Counted from the stretch's first letter, positions 10,082-20,670 are shown. The stretch is 64,000 bases of DNA from Ferroacidibacillus organovorans (GCF_001642725.1 NZ_LSUQ01000002.1:1-64000); one strand, 5' to 3'. Numbers and translations are program-made. Notes: generated by a model not told the origin, from the letters alone.

Positions 10082-10981
10082 ATGAAAGAATTGCGCATCA
10101 TTGGTGTCCCGTCTGATCTTGGTCAAGGCCGACGCGGTGTCGACATGGGGCCGAGCGCCATCCGCTACGCGGGACTCTCCACCGCCCTCGAACAGCTCGG
10201 ATACACAGTAAAAGATCTCGGCAACATCAATGTTCCGACACCTGAGATGAACGAGTTAAACCGCAATAGCAAATTGCGCTACCTCCACGAAGTCAAGGAA
10301 GTCGCCGAGAATTTGAGCGCGATCATACGCAGCGTAACGGAAAACGGCCACCTCCCGATCGTACTCGGCGGCGACCACAGCATCGCGATCGGCAGTCTTG
10401 CCGGCATGGCACAGTCGAGTCAAAACTATGGGGTCATCTGGTTTGACGCGCATGGCGACATGAATACGGCGGACACCACGCCGTCTGGCAACATCCACGG
10501 CATGCCACTCGCCGTCAGTCTCGGCTATGGCGATCCGTCGCTCGTTGCGCTTGGCGGTTTGACACAAAAAGTCCAAGCAAAAAACGTCGTCCTCGTCGGC
10601 ATCCGCTCGATTGATTCGGACGAAGCAAACCTGATACGCGAGGCGGGCATCCGCTGCTACACGATGGCCGAGATTGATCGCCGGGGCATGGCAGAAGTCA
10701 TGGCAGAAGCAATCCAGATTGCGACGGACGGCACCGATGGCATTCACCTCAGCCTCGATCTTGACGCGCTCGATCCAATGTTTGCACCGGGTGTTGGCAC
10801 TCCTGTGAACGGCGGCGTCACCTACCGCGAGGGGCATCTCGCCATGGAGATGCTCGCAGCGTCTGGCGCACTTGTCTCCGTCGATGTGGTTGAGGTTAAT
10901 CCGATTCTCGATGACGGAAACCGCACAGCGCAAATGGCGGTCGAACTCGTGGAGTCACTCTTTGGAAAAACGGTCTTGTGA
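10082..10981 (+). CDS. rocF: Arginase
   Basis: GGDHS, DAHGD, SGNIHGMP, SLDLDALDP, EVNP motifs. Confidence 0.96.
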   Translation: MKELRIIGVPSDLGQGRRGVDMGPSAIRYAGLSTALEQLGYTVKDLGNINVPTPEMNELNRNSKLRYLHEVKEVAENLSAIIRSVTENGHLPIVLGGDHSIAIGSLAGMAQSSQNYGVIWFDAHGDMNTADTTPSGNIHGMPLAVSLGYGDPSLVALGGLTQKVQAKNVVLVGIRSIDSDEANLIREAGIRCYTMAEIDRRGMAEVMAEAIQIATDGTDGIHLSLDLDALDPMFAPGVGTPVNGGVTYREGHLAMEMLAASGALVSVDVVEVNPILDDGNRTAQMAVELVESLFGKTVL

Positions 10982-11042
10982 TGTCTTCTTAGAGGAGATC
11001 TGCGGGCACAGCGCGAATATTTTATAAAGCACACCATCCCGT

Positions 11043-11996
11043 ATGGTAACGTTTCGATTGTGGGTGTTATCACTGAATCACTATAAAGGCGTGGCGATGG
11101 TACTTTTCGCCACCGTTTTCTGGGGCGTTTCTGGCACCGCCGCGCAAGTTTTGTTTCAGCAGGATCACGTGAGCCCGTATTGGCTTGTCACCGTGCGCAT
11201 GAGCGTATCCGGCTTTCTCCTGCTTTTACTCGCACTCTCCCGGTTTGGCTTCGGCTCCGTTTTTTCCGTCTGGAAAAACAGGCAGGATGTTGTTCGACTC
11301 GTGCTACTCGGCTTTTTTGGACTGCTCGGCGTTCAGTATACCTATTTTGCCTCCATTCAGTACGGAAACGCGGCAACATCAACCCTTTTACAATATGTCG
11401 GCCCCATTTTCATCACCCTCTATGTCGCTTTTCGCAATCGCCGCATGCCGCGCGTGCGCGAGCTCACAGCCATCGCCTTCGCACTATTCGGCGTCTTTTT
11501 GCTCGTCACAAACGGCAACACGCGCCATTTTGAGGTCGCACCGCTCGCCGTTGTGTGGGGTCTTTTGTCAGCGCTCACTGTCGCCTTCTACACGCTGTAC
11601 CCCCAAACTCTGCTCAAACGCTACGACCCGGCCATCCTGATCGGCTGGGGGATGCTCCTTGGCGGACTCGGACTCGGACTCGGCGAAAACCCGTTTCGCA
11701 TGCCGATCCACACTACGCCGCTGCTTTGGTTACTTGTCAGTTTTGTCGTCATTTTTGGTACACTGATCGCATTCTATATGTATATCTCAAGCCTGAACCA
11801 TATCTCCGCATCCGTCGCGAGTCTGCTCGCCTGTGGAGAACCGCTCTCGGCCGCCGTGATCGCGGTGACACTCTTGCACGTACGCATGGGTCTTCCCTCT
11901 CTTCTCGGCGCCGTCTGCATCCTGATCACTGTCACGCTTTTGGCGCAAAAAGAACGCGTGACAGAGTCACCGCCAAATATCGCCACGCCACGTTAA
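11043..11996 (+). CDS. EamA/DMT family transporter (start uncertain)
   Basis: About 10 hydrophobic segments, WGVSG and EP motifs of duplicated EamA domain. Confidence 0.88.
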   Translation: MVTFRLWVLSLNHYKGVAMVLFATVFWGVSGTAAQVLFQQDHVSPYWLVTVRMSVSGFLLLLLALSRFGFGSVFSVWKNRQDVVRLVLLGFFGLLGVQYTYFASIQYGNAATSTLLQYVGPIFITLYVAFRNRRMPRVRELTAIAFALFGVFLLVTNGNTRHFEVAPLAVVWGLLSALTVAFYTLYPQTLLKRYDPAILIGWGMLLGGLGLGLGENPFRMPIHTTPLLWLLVSFVVIFGTLIAFYMYISSLNHISASVASLLACGEPLSAAVIAVTLLHVRMGLPSLLGAVCILITVTLLAQKERVTESPPNIATPR

Positions 11997-12008
11997 CGCT
12001 CCTTCTTT

Positions 12009-12038
12009 GTATAGATTAAAGCATACCTATGCATACTT
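12009..12038 (+). promoter_or_regulatory. Putative sigma-G forespore promoter of ger operon
   Basis: GTATA-N18-CATACTT upstream of AAAGGAGGTG RBS. Confidence 0.55.
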
Positions 12039-12065
12039 CCTATGTATTCCAAAGGAGGTGTGCGT

Positions 12066-13697
12066 GTGGGCAAAGGAGCTTCCGAGCAAACCGACGCGAA
12101 GGACGCTTCATCTTCCAAAGGCGACGCGCGACCACACACTTCAGAAGGATTTCTCCACTCCGAAAAATACCGTGAACATCCCATTTTTAAAGACATTGAC
12201 ATCAACGAAAAACTACTGCGCAAACAATTCGAAAAATGTTCCGATGTCGTTTTTAGGCCTTTTGCTCTTCTCGGCGCGCGCAAGGCGCTCATCGTCTACG
12301 TCGATGGACTCGTCGATTCAAAGGAACTTGAAGCAAACATTCTAAAGCCCCTCACCACGGCGCAGGGGGCGACTGCCTACGGCCGCGACGCGACACTCTC
12401 CACTGTCGAGAAATACATCCTGCCCATCGCAAACATCGAACCCATACAGACGCTGTCGCGCACTGTGACGATCATTTTGCGCTGGCAGGTCATGCTGTTT
12501 GTCGATGGTGAAGAAAAGGCGCTCGCGCTCAGCGTCAGCAAGTGGCCACAGCGCTCCGTCACCGAGCCAGAAACTGAAGCGGTGATTCGCGGCCCGCGCG
12601 AAGGATTCACCGAGAATGTGCGAACGTCCACCGCACTGATCAGGCGGCGCATTCACACGCCTGAACTCAAGACAGAGAGCATGCAAATTGGCCGATTGAC
12701 GCAGACCCAAGTGGTGCTTTGCTACATCCAGGGGCTGATCGATGACAAGGTGGTTGAAGAAGTGAAAACAAGGCTCAAGCGCATCGAGATCGACAGCGTT
12801 CTTGAGTCGGGGTACATCGAAGAATTGATTGAAGATACACCGTGGTCGCCCTTCCCACAGATTCAAAACACTGAAAAACCGGATGTTGTCACCGCGCTTT
12901 TGCTCGAGGGTCGCTTCGCCCTCTTGATCGACGGCACACCCTTCGCACTCGTCGCGCCGATCAATCTGTGGGGAGCGCTCGCCTCCCCTGAGGATTACTA
13001 TGAACGCTATTTGATCTCCACGATGATTCGCTGGCTGCGCTACACTTTCGGGCTCATCGCGCTTTTTTTGCCCGCGCTGTACGTGGCGATCACCACGTTT
13101 CACCAAGAATTTTTGCCATTCTCTCTCTTACTGTCTGTGGCGGCGGCGCGCGAGAATACCCCTTATCCAGCCGTCGTTGAGGCGCTGATCATGGAATTTA
13201 CGTTTGAGGCGATTCGCGAGGCGGGCGTCCGCATGCCAAAGGCAATCGGCTCCGCGATCAGTATTGTCGGCGCTCTCGTTATCGGGCAAGCGGCCGTGCA
13301 GGCAGGGATCGTCTCGGCGCCGATGGTGATCATCGTCGCCATCACCGGGATCGCTTCCTTCACCATTCCGAGGTTTAATTTTGCGATCGCGCTGCGCATG
13401 TTGCGTTTTCCAATCATCATACTCGCAGGGCTTTTCGGTATCTTCGGTATTCTTTTTGCAACCATTTGTATCGTGCTTCACATCTGCAGCCTGCGCTCGT
13501 TTGGCATGCCCTACACCTCACCGATAACGCCCTTGTCCATTCCCAATTTGAAAGATACATTGTTTCGCGCGCCGTGGTGGGCGATGCGTCAACGTCCTTA
13601 TCAATCGAGTAAAGCGAATCTCACAAGGCAGTCAACCGCCGCATCGCCCACCCATCGCATACCCGGTTTTAAGAAACAAAAAGAGGGGTCCGAATAG
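12066..13697 (+). CDS. Spore germinant receptor A subunit (GerA/GerKA family)
   Basis: EPETE..IRGPREGFTE, SPFPQ, TEKPD, EAGVRMP, GALVIGQAAVQAG; strong RBS before GTG 12066. Confidence 0.94.
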   Translation: MGKGASEQTDAKDASSSKGDARPHTSEGFLHSEKYREHPIFKDIDINEKLLRKQFEKCSDVVFRPFALLGARKALIVYVDGLVDSKELEANILKPLTTAQGATAYGRDATLSTVEKYILPIANIEPIQTLSRTVTIILRWQVMLFVDGEEKALALSVSKWPQRSVTEPETEAVIRGPREGFTENVRTSTALIRRRIHTPELKTESMQIGRLTQTQVVLCYIQGLIDDKVVEEVKTRLKRIEIDSVLESGYIEELIEDTPWSPFPQIQNTEKPDVVTALLLEGRFALLIDGTPFALVAPINLWGALASPEDYYERYLISTMIRWLRYTFGLIALFLPALYVAITTFHQEFLPFSLLLSVAAARENTPYPAVVEALIMEFTFEAIREAGVRMPKAIGSAISIVGALVIGQAAVQAGIVSAPMVIIVAITGIASFTIPRFNFAIALRMLRFPIIILAGLFGIFGILFATICIVLHICSLRSFGMPYTSPITPLSIPNLKDTLFRAPWWAMRQRPYQSSKANLTRQSTAASPTHRIPGFKKQKEGSE

Positions 13698-13698
13698 C

Positions 13699-14904
13699 AT
13701 GACGTGGCGAAGCTTTCAAACTGGATTCGTTGGCATGGTTATCCTCTCCTTCTTTTGTACAGGGTGTTGGGATGCTACGGAGATCAACGAGCTTGGCATT
13801 GTCGTGGCGAGCGGCGCCGATCTCGTAAAACCGTCTGATCCACACTCAAACATAAAAGCTTACGTACAGGTCGCACTGCCAAGCCAACTCGCCGGCGGCG
13901 CGACAGGCGGCCCCAGCCCTTCGGGCAGTCAGAAAACGTTTGTGCTCGAGGAGGGCGAAGGGCCGACCGCCGCATCTGCACTCACGTCCATTCAGCAAAG
14001 AATGTCTAGACGCTTCTTTTTGCGTGACCGTCGAGTGATCATCGTGGGAGAAGCGTACGCAAAACGCGGGCTGTCTGACCTGCTCGATGAGATGATACGC
14101 AACCCAGACGCGCGACTGCGCTCCTACATACTCGTGGCGCATGGGGTCACACCAAATAAGCTCCTGAAACTCGCCTACCCACTCACGCGCCTTCCCGCCG
14201 ACGCGATAGTCGAACTCGAGCAGAGCCACCAAGCGATCACGATCAACGTGGTGCAATTCGTCAAGGTGTTGACAGGAAAGAGCGATCCGTACGCGATGGG
14301 CATTCGCATGCTGAATACGTCCTCAGGCAAGCAGGGTAGGATTTTTGAATTGAATGACGTCGCCGTATTTAAAAAAGACAAGATGGTTGGCTGGCTACGT
14401 GGTGAGGCGTCTAGGGGATTTTTCTGGTTGCAGCCACAGTCCATGCAACTGCGTAGAAATTCAATGGCGGTTCCCGTTCCTGGTGGGGGGTGGGTCACAT
14501 CGCAACTGGTCATCTTAAACCATGTCATTCTTCCGTCGTGGGGAAAAGCCGGTCCGCGTTTTTCGGTCAACGTAGAGATCTCCGATGACATTCTCGAGAA
14601 TATGAGCCGTTTAAAGCTCGACCAGTCGCATGATGTGAAAATCGCAGAGCACGCAATCGAGCAAAGCATTCTAAACCAAATCGTAGCCCTTCTCACCACA
14701 TTGAAACAGACGTATCACGCGGATATCGTTGGGTTTGGCGATCTTTTATTCGCTCGCTATCCGAAGCAGTGGAGAACGATTGAGTCACACTGGGATCAGG
14801 TGTATAGCCGCATGCCTATTCAAATCAACGTCAAGGTTCACATCGTCCGCAGCGGTCTAATTGGGGACTCTGTTCTCAACAAATCTACGTCTCAAGGAAG
14901 GTGA
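13699..14904 (+). CDS. Ger(x)C germinant receptor lipoprotein subunit
   Basis: TGCWD..EINEL lipobox motif, AVFKKDKMVG, DIVGFG. Confidence 0.92.
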   Translation: MTWRSFQTGFVGMVILSFFCTGCWDATEINELGIVVASGADLVKPSDPHSNIKAYVQVALPSQLAGGATGGPSPSGSQKTFVLEEGEGPTAASALTSIQQRMSRRFFLRDRRVIIVGEAYAKRGLSDLLDEMIRNPDARLRSYILVAHGVTPNKLLKLAYPLTRLPADAIVELEQSHQAITINVVQFVKVLTGKSDPYAMGIRMLNTSSGKQGRIFELNDVAVFKKDKMVGWLRGEASRGFFWLQPQSMQLRRNSMAVPVPGGGWVTSQLVILNHVILPSWGKAGPRFSVNVEISDDILENMSRLKLDQSHDVKIAEHAIEQSILNQIVALLTTLKQTYHADIVGFGDLLFARYPKQWRTIESHWDQVYSRMPIQINVKVHIVRSGLIGDSVLNKSTSQGR

Positions 14905-14908
14905 TCTC

Positions 14909-15139
14909 GTGGGAATGCTCATTGTGCTACTCTTGTTTTTTGTTCTGCTGGCACTTCTCATCGATACACGCCAACTGCTGGAGACCAGATCGGTTAAGAT
15001 ATGGGCCGTTTATAGCCTCTTGATGCTGATCGGCGTCACCCTCGTGATCCTCTCACTGACCCCGATTCACCAAGTCAATCTGTTTTTTCCAATTGAACGG
15101 GTCATGCGTCCCGTGAGTCAGTGGGTGTTTCAACTTTGA
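14909..15139 (+). CDS. Small two-TM protein, putative germinant receptor D subunit
   Basis: 76 aa, two hydrophobic helices, RBS overlapping gerC stop, stop overlaps gerB start. Confidence 0.65.
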   Translation: MGMLIVLLLFFVLLALLIDTRQLLETRSVKIWAVYSLLMLIGVTLVILSLTPIHQVNLFFPIERVMRPVSQWVFQL

Positions 15140-16272
15140 AGACAAGCAATCGCACGGTGATCTCCAATCTTCAATACTTTTCACTGCTCGTCGGGGGAAC
15201 GATCGCATTCGCCCATTTTATCTATTCCCATATCGTGATCGCTTACGCTGGGCGAGACGGGTGGCTGTCCGTCCTTTTTTTTGGCGTTCTCTGTCAGGTC
15301 ATGGCGTTTGCCTTTACAAAGTTAGGCGTACTCCAAGGTGAACGTTCTCTCGTGCAACACATCACATACGTGTGGGGGAAATGGATTGGTTTGTTTCTCT
15401 CCACGCTCTACATCGTCTACTTTATCTTCATAGCGTCCCTCACGCTACACCTGTTTGCCTCCTTTCTCGGGATCATCTATCCGCGTACACCCACCGTGAT
15501 TTGGCTCTTTTTCCTCACCATCGCAATCGTCTGGGCGATGTACAGCGGACTCGAAGTGATGGCGCGAAGCGTCGAGATGATCCTGCCGTTCCTATTATTC
15601 TTGGGAATCCTTGCAACCATTCTCGCGATGCCCGATCGCGACTATTCGCAACTCATGCCAATCCTCAACAACGGCCTGCTTCCGGTGTGGCGCGGTTCCC
15701 TGATTCTCGTCACAATGGTCAGTGAGATGGTCGTTTTTAATATGATTGCACCGGATGTTCAAAACCAAAAAAACCTTGTCAAGCAAGGTTTTATCATGGC
15801 ATTCGTGTTAATGATTATGATGTTAGGACCGATCACGGGGCCAGTGATGATCTTTGGTGAAAAAATCGCTCAGATTCTCGCCTACCCAACCTTTGCAGAG
15901 CTTCAGTATCTCGACGCCAAACCGCTGCTTGAGCGACTCGACCTGTTTGGCGTCGTGCTTTGGACATTCGGCGCCTATTTTCGCGTCTCCATTTTCGGCA
16001 TCTGTGCGATGCGCGCCGTTTCTGAAACGACAAAAACGAAGCGCTACAACGCGTATAGCATCCCAATTTCACTTGTAATTGTTGGTTTAGGCCTGGTCAT
16101 GCCGATCGATCGCGCAGACGATTTTGGTTTCCTCTCAGCGACCTATCCGGTCATCTCGATCATCATGGGTCTCCTGATTCCGAGCCTTCTGCTCGTCTCG
16201 ACATGGATCAAAAACGCAGTAGCGAAGCGAAAACAAATGGGGAGAAAACGCGCGCAACCGGATCCCGCATAG
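15136..16272 (+). CDS. Spore germinant receptor B subunit (GerAB/APC family)
   Basis: GRDGWLS, GLEVMAR, YPT, ERLD motifs, about 10 TMs; start 15136 or 15121. Confidence 0.9.
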   Translation: MKTSNRTVISNLQYFSLLVGGTIAFAHFIYSHIVIAYAGRDGWLSVLFFGVLCQVMAFAFTKLGVLQGERSLVQHITYVWGKWIGLFLSTLYIVYFIFIASLTLHLFASFLGIIYPRTPTVIWLFFLTIAIVWAMYSGLEVMARSVEMILPFLLFLGILATILAMPDRDYSQLMPILNNGLLPVWRGSLILVTMVSEMVVFNMIAPDVQNQKNLVKQGFIMAFVLMIMMLGPITGPVMIFGEKIAQILAYPTFAELQYLDAKPLLERLDLFGVVLWTFGAYFRVSIFGICAMRAVSETTKTKRYNAYSIPISLVIVGLGLVMPIDRADDFGFLSATYPVISIIMGLLIPSLLLVSTWIKNAVAKRKQMGRKRAQPDPA

Positions 16273-16296
16273 ATGATTACCGCGCCTCATTTCATG

Positions 16297-17463
16297 CTAC
16301 ACTGATCCATCATCCTGAGAATCTACCTCGCGGATGTCGACGGCAAACGTGGCGGTCAACCTCTGCAAGTCGGCAGAAAGCCGTTCGAGCTGCGACGTTT
16401 GGCGATTCACTTGTTGAATCCACGCCAGTTGCCCGTTTGCCGTCGCGCGAACAGTGCGCAACGCCTCACTCAGCGTCTCAACGCGCAGCGCCATCCGTTC
16501 CGCCCCTTGCAACCAAACCTCGACATCCTGTTCCAATTGATGGAAGGAAATCTGATTCCCCACCCCATCCACACGAAAGAGAAGCTGCCGGCTCATCGTC
16601 ACCAACTCGTCTGCCGACTGTCTGTGCGCCGTAAGCGCTTTCTCCATGTGATCCATCACGTCTGAGACATGAAGTGCGCCGCGCACCGTGGCGTCGCCGC
16701 CCGCGACGAGCGTATGAAACGCCAGCTTGAGTTGATCAGATGTCTGAATGATCCCCGACAAGATCCCCTCAAGGTGACCCGCCATCGTCTGAAAGGTCCT
16801 AGCGAGCATCCCGATCTCGTCGCCCCTTCGATCAAACGGCGCGAGATCGACCGCGAGGTTCCCTTGCGCAATATCGTTTGCCGCCGCCGTGATCAGCAGG
16901 AGTGGCCGCGATAACATTCGGCGTGCGAACACGCCGATCAACAACGCCGCAATCCCAATACCAAGAAGCCCGATGATGAGATATTTGAGCAGCAGTTGAT
17001 CAATCGTCGAGAGATCGCGAACGATCGAATAGGTCACCGCAGTGCTGTAGAGTGTCACTCCGTTTACGAGAATGGGCGCGACGACGTAGAGATCATTCCC
17101 TGACAGCTTCGTCACCGTTTTTCCTTGCGTCATGATCCGCTCTACATTTTTAGGCGCGACAGAGCCAATTTTCTGCGGATTTGTAGAAGCGATGTCATAG
17201 AAATAGCCGTTTAACTTATAGATATCAAAGGCTTTGAAGTCTTGGTTTTGTTGACTGAGATGAAGTAAGATGGTCTCAAAGTCGAAATTGGACGCACCTG
17301 ACTGTAAATAAGAATTGATGGTTTGGATGAGGAGCACTGTTTTTTGTTCTGCCTGCCCAATCATCAACGCACGGCTTTGCGTGTAGACAATGCCAAGCGT
17401 CGATCCCAACACGATAAACATGACGAGTAGGAAAAGTGCCATTAGTTTCTTGTATAAAGACAT
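16297..17463 (-). CDS. HAMP-domain chemoreceptor-like membrane protein lacking the MCP signalling tip
   Basis: TM-extracellular-TM, HAMP (PL...IAQGNL...DEIGMLARTF), short coiled coil with MCP-like C-terminus. Confidence 0.75.
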   Translation of the reverse strand: MSLYKKLMALFLLVMFIVLGSTLGIVYTQSRALMIGQAEQKTVLLIQTINSYLQSGASNFDFETILLHLSQQNQDFKAFDIYKLNGYFYDIASTNPQKIGSVAPKNVERIMTQGKTVTKLSGNDLYVVAPILVNGVTLYSTAVTYSIVRDLSTIDQLLLKYLIIGLLGIGIAALLIGVFARRMLSRPLLLITAAANDIAQGNLAVDLAPFDRRGDEIGMLARTFQTMAGHLEGILSGIIQTSDQLKLAFHTLVAGGDATVRGALHVSDVMDHMEKALTAHRQSADELVTMSRQLLFRVDGVGNQISFHQLEQDVEVWLQGAERMALRVETLSEALRTVRATANGQLAWIQQVNRQTSQLERLSADLQRLTATFAVDIREVDSQDDGSV

Positions 17464-17608
17464 AGGAAAACCTCACCTCGTCATGAATGCGCAATTCTGC
17501 CGGCTCTCTCATGGTGACACGCGCGATTTCGTGATACATTGATTGAAACTCATCATATCATATCTACTTTATATTCTCGGTTTGTGTTCTTTGGCGAGGT
17601 GACTCCTG

Positions 17609-18802
17609 ATGAAGCTCAATGTTGATGCGCCTGCGATGAGAAGGATCAATCGCGCCACCGTCCTTCATATCATTCGCAATCAACGAACAACATCGCGGAT
17701 TGATCTCGCCCAAATCACGGGTCTGAATAAAGCGACTGTCTCCTATATTGTGGATGAATTGATCGAAGAACAGTGGGTTCAAGAGATCGGATACGGTTCG
17801 TCAACTGGCGGTAGAAAGCCAATTCTTCTGCGCTTTAACGCAAATGCGGCGTATGCGATTGGCATGGATCTTGAACTTCCGTTTCTAAAAACGGTCGTCT
17901 GCAATACGCGCGGTGAAGTGGTCTATAAGCAGGAGCGTATGCTTGACGCTTTGACAAATGCGGACACCGCGACTGCGGTCCTCGACGCGATCATGGAGGA
18001 GGTGCAGGCTGCCCAGGCCGCGGCACCGAAGAGCTCACACGGTTTGGTCGGTATCGGTCTCGCGCTTCCCGGTCTGATCAATGCGAAGACAGGCGCCTCC
18101 CACCACCTGCGCGGCATTACCGAGAGTGACTGGGATCTGCGCGCTGAACTCGCCGAACGCACCACACTGCCCGTCTTCATTGACAACAACGCAAACTGCG
18201 GCGCGTGGTCAGAGCTTTTGAAAAGCGCATCGCGCAAAGAAAACCTTGTGTATATCCATGCGGGATCGAGTATCAATACCGGGATCGTGATCCACGGTGA
18301 GCTTTATAAAGGCCGCTCTGGCGCGGCGGGTGAATTTGGACACATGACCATCTCCCCCATGGGACAGCGCTGCGTCTGCGGAAACTACGGGTGTTGGGAA
18401 CAGTATGCTTCTGAGCGCAGCCTCCTGCAATACATCAACGAAGCGGGTGGAAACCATGCAGCGATCGACTTGCGCCGAGGGCTTATGGAGCAGATCCTGG
18501 ATGGCGCTTATGCGGACAATCGCGCGTATATCCGTGCGCTAAACACGCTTGGACAGCACCTCGGCATAGGAATCGCAAACATCGTAAATGCTCTCAGCCC
18601 CGACCGGATCAGCTTGGGCGGGACGATCTCTCAGGCTTCCACTTTTATTCTCCCGGAGATTGAACGCGTTTTGCAGTATCGACTGATCGGCGCGAACAAA
18701 AACATCCCGATCTCAATCGCATCCGCACACGCCATCGCCGTCGGCGCGGCGACGCATGTGATGAATCAGACCATCTTCCTCGACGAAACGGTTACCCCTT
18801 GA
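17609..18802 (+). CDS. ROK-family transcriptional repressor (XylR/NagC-like)
   Basis: N-terminal HTH SRIDLAQITGLNKATVS, GGRKP, GEFGH, CVCGNYGCWE. Confidence 0.92.
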   Translation: MKLNVDAPAMRRINRATVLHIIRNQRTTSRIDLAQITGLNKATVSYIVDELIEEQWVQEIGYGSSTGGRKPILLRFNANAAYAIGMDLELPFLKTVVCNTRGEVVYKQERMLDALTNADTATAVLDAIMEEVQAAQAAAPKSSHGLVGIGLALPGLINAKTGASHHLRGITESDWDLRAELAERTTLPVFIDNNANCGAWSELLKSASRKENLVYIHAGSSINTGIVIHGELYKGRSGAAGEFGHMTISPMGQRCVCGNYGCWEQYASERSLLQYINEAGGNHAAIDLRRGLMEQILDGAYADNRAYIRALNTLGQHLGIGIANIVNALSPDRISLGGTISQASTFILPEIERVLQYRLIGANKNIPISIASAHAIAVGAATHVMNQTIFLDETVTP

Positions 18803-19622
18803 CCGAACCCGCCAGCAAACCGCGTACAAAAAACTTGCCAAGTAAAATGTAGACAAGCAGCGTCGGCACCGAAACGAGAAGCGCGCTCGCCATCTGCACG
18901 TTCCACTGCACAGTCTGGCTACCCGCGATATTGACGAGCGCGACTGTGACAGGTTGATCGGGCGGATTCGTGAGCGACACGGCAAACAGGAAGTTGTTCC
19001 AAATCTGCGTGAATTGCCATATGCCTGCAACGACAAACCCGGACACGGAGAGTGGCAATATGATATAGCGAAAGATCCCCCAGTATCCCGTTCCGTCGAT
19101 TTTCCCCGCTTCGATCATCTCAAGCGGAATAGACGTGTAGTAATTGCGGAAGATAAGCGTCGCAATCGGAATCCCGTAGACGACATGAACAAGGATGAGA
19201 CCGGCGATCGTGTTGTAGAGGCCGATGACGTCAAGCACCTTTAAAAGCGGGATCAGCACGCTCTGGTACGGGATGAACATGCCAAAAAGAATGAAGAAAT
19301 AGACGACAGACGAGCCTTTAAAACGCCACTTTGAAAGCGCGTATCCATTGAGTGCGCCGATGAGCGATGAGATCAGCGTCGCCGGAATCGCCAATTCAAA
19401 ACTGTTGATAAAATTGGGACCGAGTTGTGCCCACGCACTTGCAATGCTTGAAAAACTGAACACGTTTGGAAAGTTCCACATCTGCGCGAGGCTGACGGAC
19501 GCGTTCGACTTTAGGCTGGTCACGACAACGACGTAGACGGGCACAAGATAAAGCGCCGCCAAGAGAATGAGAACAACGTAGAGAAGCGTTCGTGAGACAC
19601 GGCGAAGTGCGAGCGTATTCAT
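18792..19622 (-). CDS. Carbohydrate ABC transporter permease (MalG-like)
   Basis: EAGKIDG loop, WNNFLF, 6 TMs. Confidence 0.93.
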   Translation of the reverse strand: MNTLALRRVSRTLLYVVLILLAALYLVPVYVVVVTSLKSNASVSLAQMWNFPNVFSFSSIASAWAQLGPNFINSFELAIPATLISSLIGALNGYALSKWRFKGSSVVYFFILFGMFIPYQSVLIPLLKVLDVIGLYNTIAGLILVHVVYGIPIATLIFRNYYTSIPLEMIEAGKIDGTGYWGIFRYIILPLSVSGFVVAGIWQFTQIWNNFLFAVSLTNPPDQPVTVALVNIAGSQTVQWNVQMASALLVSVPTLLVYILLGKFFVRGLLAGSVKG

Positions 19623-20599
19623 GCGTCATCCCCCTGGCGCAGCGTAACGATAAGGTATGGAACGATAAAAATGGCGATCATGAGAAGAAGGACGATCGCG
19701 ATTGCGGCGCCCTGCGCGAATTGGTCGCCTTGAAAGGTCGTCTGGAACATGTTGAGACTCGGCATATCCGTGAGAAACTGTTGACCGGGACCTGTCATCG
19801 CGTAGATCAGGCCAAAGATTTTGAGTGAAGCGGCCGTCAGAATGATAATGATCGTGGTCGTCGTGCCGCGCAGTTGCGGCAGGATGATCGAGAAAAACAT
19901 GCGAAAGACGCCTGAACCGTCGATGCGCGCAGCCTCTTTGATCTCGTCGGAGATGCCGCGTAGTCCAGCGAGATAAACGGCCATCGCGAAGCCTGACATT
20001 TGCCAGACGGCCGCGATCAAGACGGCGAGCAGCGCCACCGGAATGCCGATCTGAATCTGGCCGAAAGGCCAATTCGGCCAAATGGTTGTACTAAGAAACC
20101 AACTCGGCAGACTTTTCCACCCAAACGCCTTCAAGATCAGGTTGACACCTGTGCTCGGATTTAAAATCCACGACCAGACGACGCCTGTCACGACAAACGA
20201 GATCGCCATTGGAAAGAGGAAGATGCTGCGAAAGAAACCTTCCGCCTTGATTTTCTGGTCAATGAGAAGCGCCAAAAAGAGCCCGACAATCAGGCAGGCA
20301 ATGATGAAAAACGCGGTGAAGACGACAATGTTTCGAAGATCCGATTGAAAGCGATAGGACGAGAAGATGATGGAGTAGTTCAAGAATCCCGCAGAATTAA
20401 AGTTTGGAATGAGACTATTCCACTGTGAAAAGGATACATACGTCGTCCAACCAATAAATCCGTAGACAAAAACGCCGAGCAAAATCAGCGAAGGAATCAA
20501 TGTCGCGACGGAGGAAAACATGTCCCAGGAGAACTTTTTTCTCTTTGACGCTGGCATTTTGGGGATTGATTTTGCATTCAACTCGGTTGCCGTTTTCAC
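19619..20599 (-). CDS. Carbohydrate ABC transporter permease (MalF-like, glucose/mannose type)
   Basis: EAARIDG loop, PMAISFVVTG, MTGPG; ATGA overlap with next gene. Confidence 0.93.
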   Translation of the reverse strand: MKTATELNAKSIPKMPASKRKKFSWDMFSSVATLIPSLILLGVFVYGFIGWTTYVSFSQWNSLIPNFNSAGFLNYSIIFSSYRFQSDLRNIVVFTAFFIIACLIVGLFLALLIDQKIKAEGFFRSIFLFPMAISFVVTGVVWSWILNPSTGVNLILKAFGWKSLPSWFLSTTIWPNWPFGQIQIGIPVALLAVLIAAVWQMSGFAMAVYLAGLRGISDEIKEAARIDGSGVFRMFFSIILPQLRGTTTTIIIILTAASLKIFGLIYAMTGPGQQFLTDMPSLNMFQTTFQGDQFAQGAAIAIVLLLMIAIFIVPYLIVTLRQGDDA

Positions 20600-20630
20600 G
20601 CGACACCTCCAAACTGTGAAGAGTACTTAC

Positions 20631-20670
20631 AGAAAAGACGCGCACAGCCGAGTGCATCAGGCTGTGCGCG
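20631..20670 (-). terminator. Stem-loop between binding-protein and permease genes
   Basis: 11-bp stem CGCGCACAGCC/GGCTGTGCGCG followed by TCTTTTCT on the minus strand. Confidence 0.6.

Noticed and set aside
11664..11681. (GGACTC)x3 microrepeat
   Set aside because: In-frame Gly-Leu codons in a TM helix; too short to suggest phase variation
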